From NCBI GenBank assembly GCA_964511385.1, contig CAZEFE010000004.1, positions 85,111 through 149,110 on the forward strand: 64,000 bases of DNA, given 5' to 3'. How positions within the stretch are numbered: the stretch's first letter is position 1; each line of letters begins with the position of its first letter. Of the stretch, positions 33,535 through 42,963 are shown in pieces. The position numbers and the translations under genes were made by a program. This stretch comes from an uncultured Methylophilaceae bacterium. GTDB taxonomy: Bacteria; Pseudomonadota; Gammaproteobacteria; Burkholderiales; Methylophilaceae. The notes beneath the pieces were generated by a model. The model made no database searches, had not been told where the DNA came from, and saw nothing but the letters and a program-made list of their open reading frames with translations.

Positions 33535-36339
33535 ATGACTCAAGCCTCAGACCAAAAGCCAGACAGCAAGGTAAACCTGCTCGATACGCCTTTCCCGATG
33601 CGCGGCGACCTGCCCAAGCGCGAGCCCGCCTGGGTGCAGGCCTGGCAGCAGAAAAAGCTGTACCAGAAAATCCGCGAAAAGCGCAAAGGCGCAAAAAAGT
33701 TCATCCTGCACGACGGCCCGCCCTATGCCAACGGCGACATCCACATCGGCCACGCGGTCAACAAGATCCTCAAGGACATCATCGTCAAGACCAAGACCCT
33801 GAGCGGGTTTGATGCGCCGTACGTGCCGGGCTGGGATTGCCACGGCCTGCCGATCGAACTGGTGGTGGAAAAGAACCACGGCAAGAACATCGAGCCGGCC
33901 AAATTCCGCGAGCTGTGCCGCGAATACGCCAAGGCGCAGGTTGAGCGGCAGAAAGCCGATTTCATCCGTTTAGGGGTCCTGGGCGACTGGGATCATCCCT
34001 ACCTGACCATGGATTTCAAGACCGAGGCCGACATCATGCGCAGCCTGGGCGAAATCTACAAAAACGGCTATCTGTACCAAGGCAGCAAGCCGGTGCATTG
34101 GTGCGTGGATTGCGGCTCGGCACTGGCGGAAGCCGAGGTGGAGTACGAGGACAAGAACAGCCCGGCGATTGATGTCGGCTTCCAGGTGGTGGACAACGCC
34201 GCGCTGGCGCATGCTTTCGGCGTGGCGCACCTGCACGAGCCGGCATTTGCGGTGATCTGGACCACCACGCCGTGGACGCTGCCGGCCAACCAGGCGGTGT
34301 GCGTCAATCCGGAACTGACCTATGAGCTGATCCAGACCGCCAGGGGTTTGCTGATCCTGTGCAAGGAACTGGCACAGGACACCATCAACCGCTACGAGCT
34401 GGAAGACGTGGTGACGCTGGGCAGTTGCAAGGGCGCGGCGCTGGAGCACCTCAAGCTGCACCATCCGTTCTACGAGCGCCAGGTGCCGGTGATCCTGGGC
34501 GACCACGTCACCACCGACGCCGGTACCGGGCTGGTGCACACCGCCCCGGCGCATGGGCTGGAAGACTACGCCGTGGGCATGCGCTACAACCTGCCGGTGG
34601 ACAACCCGGTGGGCGACGATGGCAAGTTCTACAGCCGCGTCGAAAGGTTTGCCGGCCTCAGCATTTGGGATGCCAACAAGGTGGTGATCGAAACCCTGCA
34701 AACCAGCGGCAACCTCCTGGCTTCCGCGCGCCTCAGCCACAGTTACCCGCATTGCTGGCGCCACAAGACGCCGGTGATTTTCCGCGCCACGCACCAGTGG
34801 TTCATCGGCATGGGCCAGCACGGCAAGGACGGTGCAACTTTGCGCGGCACCGCCAACGCCGCGGTGGAGCATACGCAATTCTTCCCGAGCTGGGGGCGCG
34901 CCCGGCTGGAAGCCATGATTAAAAACCGCCCCGACTGGTGCGTGTCGCGCCAGCGCAACTGGGGCGTGCCGATGCCGTTGTTTGTGCACAAGGAAACCGG
35001 CGAGCCGCATCCGAATACGCTGGAACTGTTGGAAAAGGTTTGCCAACAAGTCGAGAACCAAGGCATCGAAGCCTGGTTCAGCCTGGATGGTGCGGCGTTT
35101 CTTGCCCAGCACGCACCGCAGGACGCCGCGCAGTACAAAAAAGTCACCGATACCCTGGACGTGTGGTTCGATTCCGGTGCCACCCATGCCGCCGTGCTCA
35201 AGCGCCGCCCCGAGTTGCAACATCCCGCCGACCTGTATTTGGAAGGTTCCGACCAGCATCGCGGCTGGTTCCAGAGTTCACTGCTCACCGGTTGCGCGAT
35301 TGATGGTCGTGCGCCTTATGAAGCACTGCTGACGCACGGCTTCGTGGTGGATGGCTCCGGCCACAAGATGAGCAAATCCAAGGGCAACGTGATTGCGCCG
35401 CAAAAGGTGATGGATACCTTTGGCGCTGACATTCTGCGGTTATGGGTCGCCTCCACCGACTATTCCGGCGAACTGACCATCTCCGACGAAATCCTCAAGC
35501 GCGTGGTGGAAAGTTACCGCCGCATCCGCAATACCATGCGCTTCCTGCTGGCGAACACGGTGGATTTCGACGCCGGCAAAAACCTGCTGCCGGTGGAGCA
35601 ATGGCTGGAGATCGACCGTTATGCCATTGCCCTCACCCAGGCACTGCAACAGCGCGTGCTGGCGGCGTATGAGCGCTACGAGTTCCACTCCGCGATGCAG
35701 GATATGGTGATTTTCTGCTCCGAGGTGCTGGGCGGCTTCTACCTCGACATCCTCAAGGATCGGCTGTACACCACGGCGGCGGATTCCGCGCCGCGCCGCG
35801 CCGCACAAAGCGCGTTGTGGCATATTGTGCAGACGCTGACCAAGCTGTTTGCGCCGGTGCTGTCGTTTACCTCGGAAGAAGTCTGGCAACAGCTGGTGAA
35901 CAATGCGGATGACAGTATTTTCTTCGGCGACTGGCACGAGTTGCCGGACGTCGGCGTCAGCGAAGCGCTGCTGCAAGAGTGGCAGGAAGTGCGCAATGTG
36001 CGCGACCTCGCCAACAAACGCATCGAGGAGCAACGCGCGCAAAGCCTGCTGGGTTCTTCATTGCAGGCCGAACTGGAAATTGAAGCTTCCGGCACCGTGT
36101 ACCGGGCGCTGAGCCGCCTGGGGGATGACCTCAAGTTTGTGTTCATCACTTCGCGGGTGACGGTACGGCAGAACGAAGGTGCGGAAACGGTGGTGAACGC
36201 CACTGCCAGCGCCCATGCCAAATGCGACCGCTGCTGGCACTACCGCGCCGATGTCGGCGCTGATACGGCACACCCGCACATCTGCGGGCGCTGCGTCAGC
36301 AACCTGTACGGCGCTGGCGAATCGCGCCGCTTTGCATGA
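33535..36339 (+). CDS. ileS: isoleucine--tRNA ligase
   Basis: HIGH-type motif ([11 protein letters not shown]), KMSKS, and a C-terminal CxxC zinc motif. I prefer the ATG at 33535 over the track start, which overlaps ribF. Confidence 0.96.
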   Translation: MTQASDQKPDSKVNLLDTPFPMRGDLPKREPAWVQAWQQKKLYQKIREKRKGAKKFILHDGPPYANGDIHIGHAVNKILKDIIVKTKTLSGFDAPYVPGWDCHGLPIELVVEKNHGKNIEPAKFRELCREYAKAQVERQKADFIRLGVLGDWDHPYLTMDFKTEADIMRSLGEIYKNGYLYQGSKPVHWCVDCGSALAEAEVEYEDKNSPAIDVGFQVVDNAALAHAFGVAHLHEPAFAVIWTTTPWTLPANQAVCVNPELTYELIQTARGLLILCKELAQDTINRYELEDVVTLGSCKGAALEHLKLHHPFYERQVPVILGDHVTTDAGTGLVHTAPAHGLEDYAVGMRYNLPVDNPVGDDGKFYSRVERFAGLSIWDANKVVIETLQTSGNLLASARLSHSYPHCWRHKTPVIFRATHQWFIGMGQHGKDGATLRGTANAAVEHTQFFPSWGRARLEAMIKNRPDWCVSRQRNWGVPMPLFVHKETGEPHPNTLELLEKVCQQVENQGIEAWFSLDGAAFLAQHAPQDAAQYKKVTDTLDVWFDSGATHAAVLKRRPELQHPADLYLEGSDQHRGWFQSSLLTGCAIDGRAPYEALLTHGFVVDGSGHKMSKSKGNVIAPQKVMDTFGADILRLWVASTDYSGELTISDEILKRVVESYRRIRNTMRFLLANTVDFDAGKNLLPVEQWLEIDRYAIALTQALQQRVLAAYERYEFHSAMQDMVIFCSEVLGGFYLDILKDRLYTTAADSAPRRAAQSALWHIVQTLTKLFAPVLSFTSEEVWQQLVNNADDSIFFGDWHELPDVGVSEALLQEWQEVRNVRDLANKRIEEQRAQSLLGSSLQAELEIEASGTVYRALSRLGDDLKFVFITSRVTVRQNEGAETVVNATASAHAKCDRCWHYRADVGADTAHPHICGRCVSNLYGAGESRRFA

Positions 36340-36812
36340 AGCCGCTGCGCTACTGGTGGCACTGGCTGGGTATCAGCGCGGTGGTGGTTGTGCTCGACCT
36401 GTACACCAAAAGCCTGGTGCAGTCAGCGCTGGCTTACGGTGAACACCGCGCGGTTACTGAGTTTTTCGACCTGGTGCTGTTTTATAACAGTGGTGCGGCA
36501 TTCAGTTTCCTGGCCGGTGCCGGCGGCTGGCAGAAGCCGTTGTTTACCGCGTTTGCCGTGCTGGCTTCCGGGGTGATGGTGTATTTGCTGCGCAAGCATC
36601 GCCAGGATTCCCTGTTCTGCCTGGCGCTGGCGCTGATCCTCGGTGGTGCGCTGGGCAATTTGTGGGATAGGGTCACGCTGGGGCATGTGGTGGATTTCTT
36701 GTATTTCCACTATCAGCAATATGATTTTCCCGCGTTTAACGTGGCAGATTCGGCGATTAGCGTCGGCGTCGCCCTGCTGCTGTGGGATGGCTTGAGAAAA
36801 CCAGCACACTAA
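36336..36812 (+). CDS. lspA: lipoprotein signal peptidase II
   Basis: LGNLWDR and FNVAD motifs. 4-nt overlap with ileS. Confidence 0.94.
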   Translation: MKPLRYWWHWLGISAVVVVLDLYTKSLVQSALAYGEHRAVTEFFDLVLFYNSGAAFSFLAGAGGWQKPLFTAFAVLASGVMVYLLRKHRQDSLFCLALALILGGALGNLWDRVTLGHVVDFLYFHYQQYDFPAFNVADSAISVGVALLLWDGLRKPAH

Positions 36813-36834
36813 ATTTTTGAAAGGTTAGTTATCA

Positions 36835-37920
36835 ATGAAATGCGGTATCGTCGGCCTGCCTAACGTAGGCAAATCCACCCTGTTCAACGCCATTACCAAG
36901 GCCGGTATTGCGGCGGAGAACTATCCTTTCTGCACCATCGAGCCCAATGTCGGCATTGTCGAGGTGCCCGATGCGCGCATGCAGCCGCTGATCGATATCG
37001 TCAAGCCGCAAAAGACCCAGCCCGCGATCGTGGAATTCGTCGACATCGCCGGCCTGGTGGCGGGTGCGTCCAAGGGGGAAGGGCTGGGCAACAAGTTCCT
37101 TGCCAACATCCGCGAAACCGACGCTATCGCCCACGTGGTGCGCTGTTTCGAGGACGGCAACGTGGTGCACGTGGCCGGCAAGGTGGACCCGATTTCCGAC
37201 GTAGAAACCATCAACACCGAGTTGGCGCTGGCCGATATGGAAACGGTGGAACGAACGCTCGCCCGCGAAAGCAAGAAAGCCAAATCCGGCGACAAGGAAG
37301 CCATTGCCCTGTGCAACGTGCTGGAAAAAGTGCAGAAACACCTCGACCAAGGCCAGCCGGTGCGTACCTTGGGCTTGAGCAAGGAAGACCTGGTTCTGAT
37401 CAAACCGCTGTGCCTGATTACAGTCAAACCGGTGATGTACCTCGCCAACGTCAACGACGACGGCTTCACCAACAACCCGCTGCTGGCCCGCGTGGAAGAG
37501 CTGGGCAAGAAAGAGCAGGCACCGGTGGTCGCCATTTGTGCCAAGATCGAGGCTGAAATCTCCGATCTGGAAGACGAAGACAAAGCCTTGTTCCTGGCGG
37601 AAATGGGCCTGGATGAACCGGGGCTGGATCGCGTGATCCGCGCGGCTTATGCATTGCTGGGCCTGCAAACCTACTTCACCGCCGGGGTGAAGGAAGTGCG
37701 CGCGTGGACCATACACAAGGGCGACACTGCCCCACAGGCCGCCGGCGTGATCCACACCGACTTTGAAAAAGGCTTCATCCGCGCCGAGGTCATCGCTTTT
37801 GACGACTTTGTTTCCTACAAGGGCGAGCAGGGAGCAAAAGAAGCCGGCAAGATGCGGCTGGAAGGCAAGGAATACGTGGTGCAGGACGGTGACGTCATGC
37901 ACTTCCGCTTCAACGTCTAA
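36835..37920 (+). CDS. ychF: ribosome-binding ATPase YchF
   Basis: [19 protein letters not shown] start, with the TGS domain at the C-terminus. Confidence 0.96.
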   Translation: MKCGIVGLPNVGKSTLFNAITKAGIAAENYPFCTIEPNVGIVEVPDARMQPLIDIVKPQKTQPAIVEFVDIAGLVAGASKGEGLGNKFLANIRETDAIAHVVRCFEDGNVVHVAGKVDPISDVETINTELALADMETVERTLARESKKAKSGDKEAIALCNVLEKVQKHLDQGQPVRTLGLSKEDLVLIKPLCLITVKPVMYLANVNDDGFTNNPLLARVEELGKKEQAPVVAICAKIEAEISDLEDEDKALFLAEMGLDEPGLDRVIRAAYALLGLQTYFTAGVKEVRAWTIHKGDTAPQAAGVIHTDFEKGFIRAEVIAFDDFVSYKGEQGAKEAGKMRLEGKEYVVQDGDVMHFRFNV

Positions 37921-37974
37921 CCCTGTCTGCGTCGGCGTGCCTGGCGCCGAAATTGTGGAAAATAAGGATGGCTG

Positions 37975-38310
37975 ATGAACTGGCTGAAAAAACTCCATGG
38001 CAGATCAACAGAGCCAGCCGGGCTGGAGTGGAGGCTGTTGCGCAGCATGCCGCGTATTTTCCTGATAGGCACGCTGTTGCCCATCCTGGTGGTGCTGGTT
38101 CTGCACCTGGTACCGTGGTCCGGCACCGAGCGCGAAATCAGCGCCAACCTCGGCATGGTGCATTTTGTCGCCATCGGTGCAGTGGTGGTGCATTGGGCAG
38201 TGGTGCTCACCGTCACCATCGGTTGCGTCATTGTGCTGATCATGAAGGGGCCAGCCTATGTCGCCGATGCCTATCCGCTTAATGACGCAGACCGCCCAGA
38301 CAAACAATAA
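37975..38310 (+). CDS. hypothetical small membrane protein (two predicted TM helices)
   Basis: 111-aa ORF with hydrophobic stretches IFLIGTLLPILVVLVLHLV and FVAIGAVVVHWAVVLTVTIGCVIVLI. No family recognised. Confidence 0.5.
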   Translation: MNWLKKLHGRSTEPAGLEWRLLRSMPRIFLIGTLLPILVVLVLHLVPWSGTEREISANLGMVHFVAIGAVVVHWAVVLTVTIGCVIVLIMKGPAYVADAYPLNDADRPDKQ

Positions 38311-38341
38311 CATTTCCGGGCACAGGGCATGCCAGATGTTT

Positions 38342-38370
38342 TTGACAAACCCCTGCTAAATCAATAGAAT
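38342..38370 (+). promoter_or_regulatory. consensus-like sigma70 promoter for tRNA-Met
   Basis: TTGACA (38342-38347), a 17-nt spacer, TAGAAT (38365-38370), then a GC-rich discriminator TGCGCC. Confidence 0.65.
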
Positions 38371-38388
38371 TGCGCCTTTCGTTTTTCC

Positions 38389-38465
38389 GGTGATGTAGCT
38401 CAGCTGGTTAGAGCGACGGATTCATAATCCGTAGGTCGAGGGTTCAAGTCCCCCCATCACCACCA
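38389..38465 (+). tRNA. tRNA with CAT anticodon (elongator Met; a lysidine-modified Ile2 cannot be excluded)
   Basis: Acceptor GGTGATG/CATCACC, anticodon stem ACGGA/TCCGT with loop TTCATAA, T-loop GGTTCAAGTCC, CCA encoded. Confidence 0.88.
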
Positions 38466-38468
38466 AAT

Positions 38469-38504
38469 AAAACGGCCCGCAGAAATGCGGGCCGTTTTAC
38501 TTTT
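38469..38504. terminator. rho-independent terminator after tRNA-Met (also faces the convergent Sel1 gene)
   Basis: AAACGGCCCGC-agaaat-GCGGGCCGTTT followed by TACTTTT. Confidence 0.8.
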
Positions 38505-38514
38505 GTGGGTTGTC

Positions 38515-39351
38515 CTACTGCCGTCGTCTGGCTTTTTTCGCGGCTTCCTCTGCCGCCAGTAGCTCGGCTTCTTCTTCCGCTTTTTTCTTGGCTTTGGCTT
38601 CTTTGACCTTGGTGATGTTGTCGATATGTTTCAGCCACCAGGCGCTGGCGTCCTTTTGTGCCTTGGCTTCTTCTCTGGCGCTGATCAGGCCGGCCATTTT
38701 GTCGCGTTCTTCTTCAGCTTTGAGCACCTGGCTGTTCTGCTGCAGTTGTTCTTCGGTAATGGCGGGGTTGTCTTCCGGGATTTTTTCGCCGGAGGCACCG
38801 ATGGCGTACCAGGTGTAGGCACGCGGCAGGTTGCGTTTGCCGGCCTCGCCGGTGGCGTACATGTTGCCGATCATGATGGCGGCGGCGACATCGCCGTTTT
38901 CAGCCAGTTTTTCCGCCCAGTTGAGCGCTTCTTTGTAGTTGGGCGGGGTGTCGTAGCCGTTGTAGAGTTTGATCGCCAGCAGTTTTTGCGCATCGGGTTG
39001 CCCGGCCTTGGCGGCTTTGCGCAGCCAGCGCAGGGCTTGTGCGGTATCCCTGGGGATGCCGCGGCCGTAGTTGTAGCGGCTGGCGAGTTCAAACTGGGCG
39101 GTGAGATCGTCGGTGTTGGCTTTATCCAGCAGTTGGTTGAGCGGCAGTTGGTCGTACTTGGTTTTTTTCGGCGGTTCTTCGACCGGTTTTTTCTTTGGGG
39201 CGGGGCTTTCGCGCATGTCGCCCTGGATGGTGTTGATGACGTCGTAGCCGCTGTCGGCGGGCGCCGGGGCATCTGCCGCGGTGGCAGGCAGGCCTTGGGC
39301 GGCGCTCAAAGTGAGGGCGGCGAGGAGTGCAGGGAGTAAATGTTTGCGCAT
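38515..39351 (-). CDS. secreted Sel1-like (SLR/TPR) repeat protein with Lys/Glu/Ala-rich C-terminal tail
   Basis: Signal peptide MRKHLLPALLAALTLSAAQG and repeated ...A..W..KAA..G...A...L...Y..G.G modules. The tail is KEAKAKKKAEEEAELLAAEEAAKKARRRQ. I prefer the Met at 39351. Confidence 0.75.
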   Translation of the reverse strand: MRKHLLPALLAALTLSAAQGLPATAADAPAPADSGYDVINTIQGDMRESPAPKKKPVEEPPKKTKYDQLPLNQLLDKANTDDLTAQFELASRYNYGRGIPRDTAQALRWLRKAAKAGQPDAQKLLAIKLYNGYDTPPNYKEALNWAEKLAENGDVAAAIMIGNMYATGEAGKRNLPRAYTWYAIGASGEKIPEDNPAITEEQLQQNSQVLKAEEERDKMAGLISAREEAKAQKDASAWWLKHIDNITKVKEAKAKKKAEEEAELLAAEEAAKKARRRQ

Positions 39352-39392
39352 GATGGTTGGGTTCGCGGTAGCTGGGTTATAGTGGCCGAAAA

Positions 39393-39683
39393 GTGATGGT
39401 ATCAATTCAAAAAATGCGTCCCGAAGTCATTATTGTCTGTGTTCGCCACCGCGCTAACCCCGATGTGCCGTCATGCGGCGCACGCGGGGCGGAGGCCATT
39501 GCCGGGCGGCTGTCGCAAGAGCTTGAAGCACGAGGCTTGCCGCTGCGGCTGGAGCGTTTCGATTGCCTGGGCAAATGCGAGCTTGGGCCTAATCTCAAAA
39601 TTTCTCCCGGTGGGGATTTCTGCCACGGCGTTACCCTGGAATCCATTCCGCAGTTGCTGGAACAAATCGCTTCGACGCTGTGA
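39393..39683 (+). CDS. thioredoxin-like [2Fe-2S] ferredoxin family protein
   Basis: Cys spacing C16-x11-C28-x29-C58-x3-C62 in a protein of about 96 aa, which matches the thioredoxin-like ferredoxin / NuoE-type ligand pattern. Confidence 0.6.
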   Translation: MMVSIQKMRPEVIIVCVRHRANPDVPSCGARGAEAIAGRLSQELEARGLPLRLERFDCLGKCELGPNLKISPGGDFCHGVTLESIPQLLEQIASTL

Positions 39684-39702
39684 GCTTGCATCTGCGCCAT
39701 CC

Positions 39703-41328
39703 TCAGGGCGTGTAGCCAGGAATTTTGGAGGTGTCGACTTCGTCGATCTGGTCCGGTTCCAGGAACTGCTTGGCGTATTGCAGGTAGATTTTTTCACGGA
39801 TGAACAGGTCGAACAGGTCCGGGTCGACGTGGTTGTCCAGCTTCATCTTGCCGAGGATGAACAGCGATTCGGACAGCGTCTTGGCTTTTTTGTATGGCCG
39901 GTCGCGCGCGGTGAGCGCTTCAAAGATGTCGGCAATACCCATGATGCGGGCGGGAATGGACATCTGCTCGCGCGTCAAGCCGCGTGGATAGCCTTTGCCG
40001 TCCATGCGCTCGTGGTGGCCGCCGGCGTATTCCGGAACGCGTTTGAGGGCCTTGGGGTAGGGCAGCGATTCCAGCATGTTGATGGTGACCACGATGTGGT
40101 TGTTGATGATTTCGCGCTCTTCGTTGGTGAGCGTGCCGCGGGCGATGTTGAGGTTGTAGATTTCGTTTTCGCTGAGGAATGGCACGCGCTCGCCCTTGTC
40201 GTTGACGTAGGTGTAAGCGCCGATGCTACGCACGCGGTCCTGGTGTTCCTGCGTCATGAATTCACCGCCGATGTTGGCCTTGCGGATAAATTCGCGGTCG
40301 TCGTCGAGTTGTTCCTTGTAGGCGCGCAGTTGGACTTCCATTGACGGGAGGCGGTCTGGACGGCCTTTTTGCAGGGCTTCGACCTGCTTGCGCAGCATTT
40401 CGATTTCAGCCTGGGCCTTGAGTACCTCGAAGCGGCTGTCGACCAGTTCGATGCGGTCAAAAATGGTGGCCAGCTTGGTGGCTTTGTCCACTACGTATTC
40501 CGGGGTGGTGACCTTGCCGCAATCATGCAGCCATGCGGCAATGCGGAGTTCGTACAGTTCCTTTTCCGACATCGTGAAGTCAGCCAGTGGGCCGGCTTTG
40601 GTTTCGACCGCGGATTTGGCCAGCATCATGGCCATTTCCGGCACGCGCCGGCAGTGGCCACCGGTATAGGGCGATTTTTCGTCGATTGCGTCAGCGATCA
40701 GGGTGATGAACGATTCGAACAGCGCTTTCAGGCCTTCGATCAGGTTATGGTTGGTGAGCGCTACCGCGGCTTGCGAAGCGAGCGATTCAACCAGTTGCTG
40801 GTTTTCGGCGGAAAACGGAATGACGTCCGTGGTGCCCGGCGTCTGTGCGTTCAGCAATTGCAGTACCCCGATGATTTCATTTTCATGATTTTTCATCGGG
40901 ATGGTGAGGAACGACTTGGAACGGTAGCCGGTGTTGGCGTCAAACTTGCGCGTGCCGGAAAAGTCGAAGCCTTCTTCTTCGTAGGCATCGGCAATGTTGA
41001 CGGTTTTGTCGTTGATCACCGAATAGGCCGCTACCATGTTGGTGTTGGGCGAGCCGTCCTCGCGGTAGAGCGGTAACGGGGGAAACGGGATATCCTTGCC
41101 GGTGGTGCCGCCCATGGCGATATGCAGCGAATCCGTGCGCATGATTTCGAATTTGAGCTTGTTGTCGTCAGTGACCGTGTACAGGGTTCCGCCATCAGCG
41201 TTGGCGATTTCCTTGGCACCCAGCAAAATCATCTCCAGCAGGCGTTTGGTGTCCCGCTCCGAGGACAAGGCCACGCCAATGCGGTTAAGCCTGGCAATGT
41301 TTTCCAGCGTTTTTTTTGGGTCTGACAT
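39703..41328 (-). CDS. GAF domain-containing HD-GYP phosphohydrolase (c-di-GMP phosphodiesterase class II type)
   Basis: N-terminal GAF-like region and an intact HD dyad (AAWLHDCGKVTTPE). Intact GGHHERMDGKGYPRGL and ADIFEALTARDRPYK motifs. AAGGTGAG Shine-Dalgarno. Confidence 0.88.
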   Translation of the reverse strand: MSDPKKTLENIARLNRIGVALSSERDTKRLLEMILLGAKEIANADGGTLYTVTDDNKLKFEIMRTDSLHIAMGGTTGKDIPFPPLPLYREDGSPNTNMVAAYSVINDKTVNIADAYEEEGFDFSGTRKFDANTGYRSKSFLTIPMKNHENEIIGVLQLLNAQTPGTTDVIPFSAENQQLVESLASQAAVALTNHNLIEGLKALFESFITLIADAIDEKSPYTGGHCRRVPEMAMMLAKSAVETKAGPLADFTMSEKELYELRIAAWLHDCGKVTTPEYVVDKATKLATIFDRIELVDSRFEVLKAQAEIEMLRKQVEALQKGRPDRLPSMEVQLRAYKEQLDDDREFIRKANIGGEFMTQEHQDRVRSIGAYTYVNDKGERVPFLSENEIYNLNIARGTLTNEEREIINNHIVVTINMLESLPYPKALKRVPEYAGGHHERMDGKGYPRGLTREQMSIPARIMGIADIFEALTARDRPYKKAKTLSESLFILGKMKLDNHVDPDLFDLFIREKIYLQYAKQFLEPDQIDEVDTSKIPGYTP

Positions 41329-41407
41329 GTTTTAGCTCACCTTGCTGATCCAGCACGGAACCTGGTTCCGGAGACTTTATTTTCAACAAGCGCAAGATTG
41401 GCGCAAA

Positions 41408-41437
41408 GCCGCGCTTACGTCAACAGGCAAGCGCGGC
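41408..41437 (-). terminator. hairpin terminator after nusB
   Basis: 9-bp stem GCCGCGCTT/AAGCGCGGC, followed on the minus strand by TTTGCG. The U-tract is weak. Confidence 0.5.
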
Positions 41438-41446
41438 TGCGTGTGG

Positions 41447-41929
41447 TTACTTGCGCTTGCGGCTGGCTTCGTCCGGGCGCAGGTCTGCGGCCAGGTGGTC
41501 CAGCACGCCGTTGACGTATTTGTGGCCGTCAGCGCCGCCGTAACGTTTTGCCAGCTCAATGCCTTCGTTGATGACAACGCGGTAGGGAATGCTGGGGTCG
41601 AACGCCAGTTCGTAGGCGGCAATACACAGGATGGCATGTTCGACCGGGCTCAGTTCTTCGATTTTGCGATCGACGAACTGACCCAGCTTCAGGTGCAGGC
41701 CATCCAGGTTTTCCAGTACGCCGTGCAGCAGGCGGGTGCAGTAGCCCTGGTCTGCACGGGCAAACGTGGCATCTTCGGTGAGCTGGGGCAGGATGCTTTT
41801 TTCAGCATTGCCGCTCAGGAAATACTGGTACAGGCCTTTCAGCACCAACTCCCGGGACAGCCGGCGGTTGCCATTGCTTTTGGATGGAGTCGCCTCGGTC
41901 GAGGCTGCTTTGCTTAGGGTTTCGCTCAT
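41447..41929 (-). CDS. nusB: transcription antitermination factor NusB
   Basis: [14 protein letters not shown] and [10 protein letters not shown] motifs, downstream of ribH. Confidence 0.94.
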   Translation of the reverse strand: MSETLSKAASTEATPSKSNGNRRLSRELVLKGLYQYFLSGNAEKSILPQLTEDATFARADQGYCTRLLHGVLENLDGLHLKLGQFVDRKIEELSPVEHAILCIAAYELAFDPSIPYRVVINEGIELAKRYGGADGHKYVNGVLDHLAADLRPDEASRKRK

Positions 41930-42375
41930 AGATGCCTTAATAAGTTTGCCATTTCAACGGCGACCCGCGCGGCTTCCGCGCCTTTGACCGACATGCGGGC
42001 CAGTGCCTGGTCGTCGTTTTCCGTGGTGAGGATGCCATTGGCGATCGGGATGCCGGTTTCCAGCTGTACTTCCGTGATGCCGCTGGCGGATTCGTTGGCG
42101 ACAATTTCAAAGTGATAGGTTTCGCCGCGAATGACGGCGCCGAGTACGATCAAGGCGTCGTAGTGGCGGCTTTTTGCCATTTTCAGCAGCAGCAAGGATG
42201 TTTCCAGCGCGCCGGGCACGGTGGCCAGCGTGATGTCGTGATCGGCGACACCCAGTTTGTACAGTTCGGCCGTGCAGGCGGACAACAGGCCATCACCGAT
42301 GTTCTGGTTGAAGCGAGACTGCACGATGCCGATACGCATGGAGTGCCCGGAGAGGTCTTGTTCCAGTGTTTTCAT
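41926..42375 (-). CDS. ribH: 6,7-dimethyl-8-ribityllumazine synthase
   Basis: [16 protein letters not shown] and GETYHFE motifs. Confidence 0.95.
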   Translation of the reverse strand: MKTLEQDLSGHSMRIGIVQSRFNQNIGDGLLSACTAELYKLGVADHDITLATVPGALETSLLLLKMAKSRHYDALIVLGAVIRGETYHFEIVANESASGITEVQLETGIPIANGILTTENDDQALARMSVKGAEAARVAVEMANLLRHL

Positions 42376-42390
42376 GGGTGAGTGCTTTCC

Positions 42391-42963
42391 TTAGTTGTTT
42401 TGCCAGCGCCTGGCGTGAGAAAAATGCTGGCGCCAGTTGTCCTGGTAGCGTTGCGCCAGCGGGTGGTTGCCACGAATCAGCAGCAGGTTTTCTGCATTCT
42501 TGAACTGTGCTGCAAAAGTGAAATTATAACTCCCTGTGATGACAACAACATCAGGAGTTCCTGCATCGATTACCATCACCTTGTTGTGCGCGCTCTGGTG
42601 CTCGCCATCCAGCCACACCGGAACGCCGGCATTCGCCATTAGGGAAATCTTTTCGCCGGTGATGCGCCGGGTTTGTTCCTGGTCGGCAATCAGTTTGACG
42701 TCAACGCCGCGCTTGTGGGCGGCGATCAATGCCTGGGCAATGTCTTTATGGGTGAAGGAGAACGCCTGCACCAGGATCTGCGTGCGGGCGCGGGTGACGG
42801 CACTGATGATCAGTCCCGCGACATCCTGTTCTGGTGAAAACGCAACTTCGATGGTGCCGCTGGCCGCGAGGGCGCGGCTCGGTTCGCCACTCTGGAACGC
42901 CTGCGCGGGAAGGCTTGCGACCAGCAGCCAACAAGCGGCTAAAAAGCCGCTTTTACGCAACAT
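42391..42963 (-). CDS. secreted phospholipase D-family (Nuc-like) endonuclease, single HKD motif
   Basis: Signal peptide [25 protein letters not shown] motif HNKVMVID and GSYNFT. About 190 aa, like plasmid Nuc. Overlaps the clpA 3' end by 11 nt. Confidence 0.8.
   Translation of the reverse strand: MLRKSGFLAACWLLVASLPAQAFQSGEPSRALAASGTIEVAFSPEQDVAGLIISAVTRARTQILVQAFSFTHKDIAQALIAAHKRGVDVKLIADQEQTRRITGEKISLMANAGVPVWLDGEHQSAHNKVMVIDAGTPDVVVITGSYNFTFAAQFKNAENLLLIRGNHPLAQRYQDNWRQHFSHARRWQNN

Noticed and set aside
38389-38465. Calling the CAT-anticodon tRNA specifically tRNA-Ile2 (lysidine) or initiator tRNA.
   Set aside because: It is not an initiator: positions 1 and 72 form a G-C pair, and the anticodon stem lacks the three consecutive G-C pairs. 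Met versus Ile2 cannot be decided by eye, so I left it as Met/CAT with the caveat.
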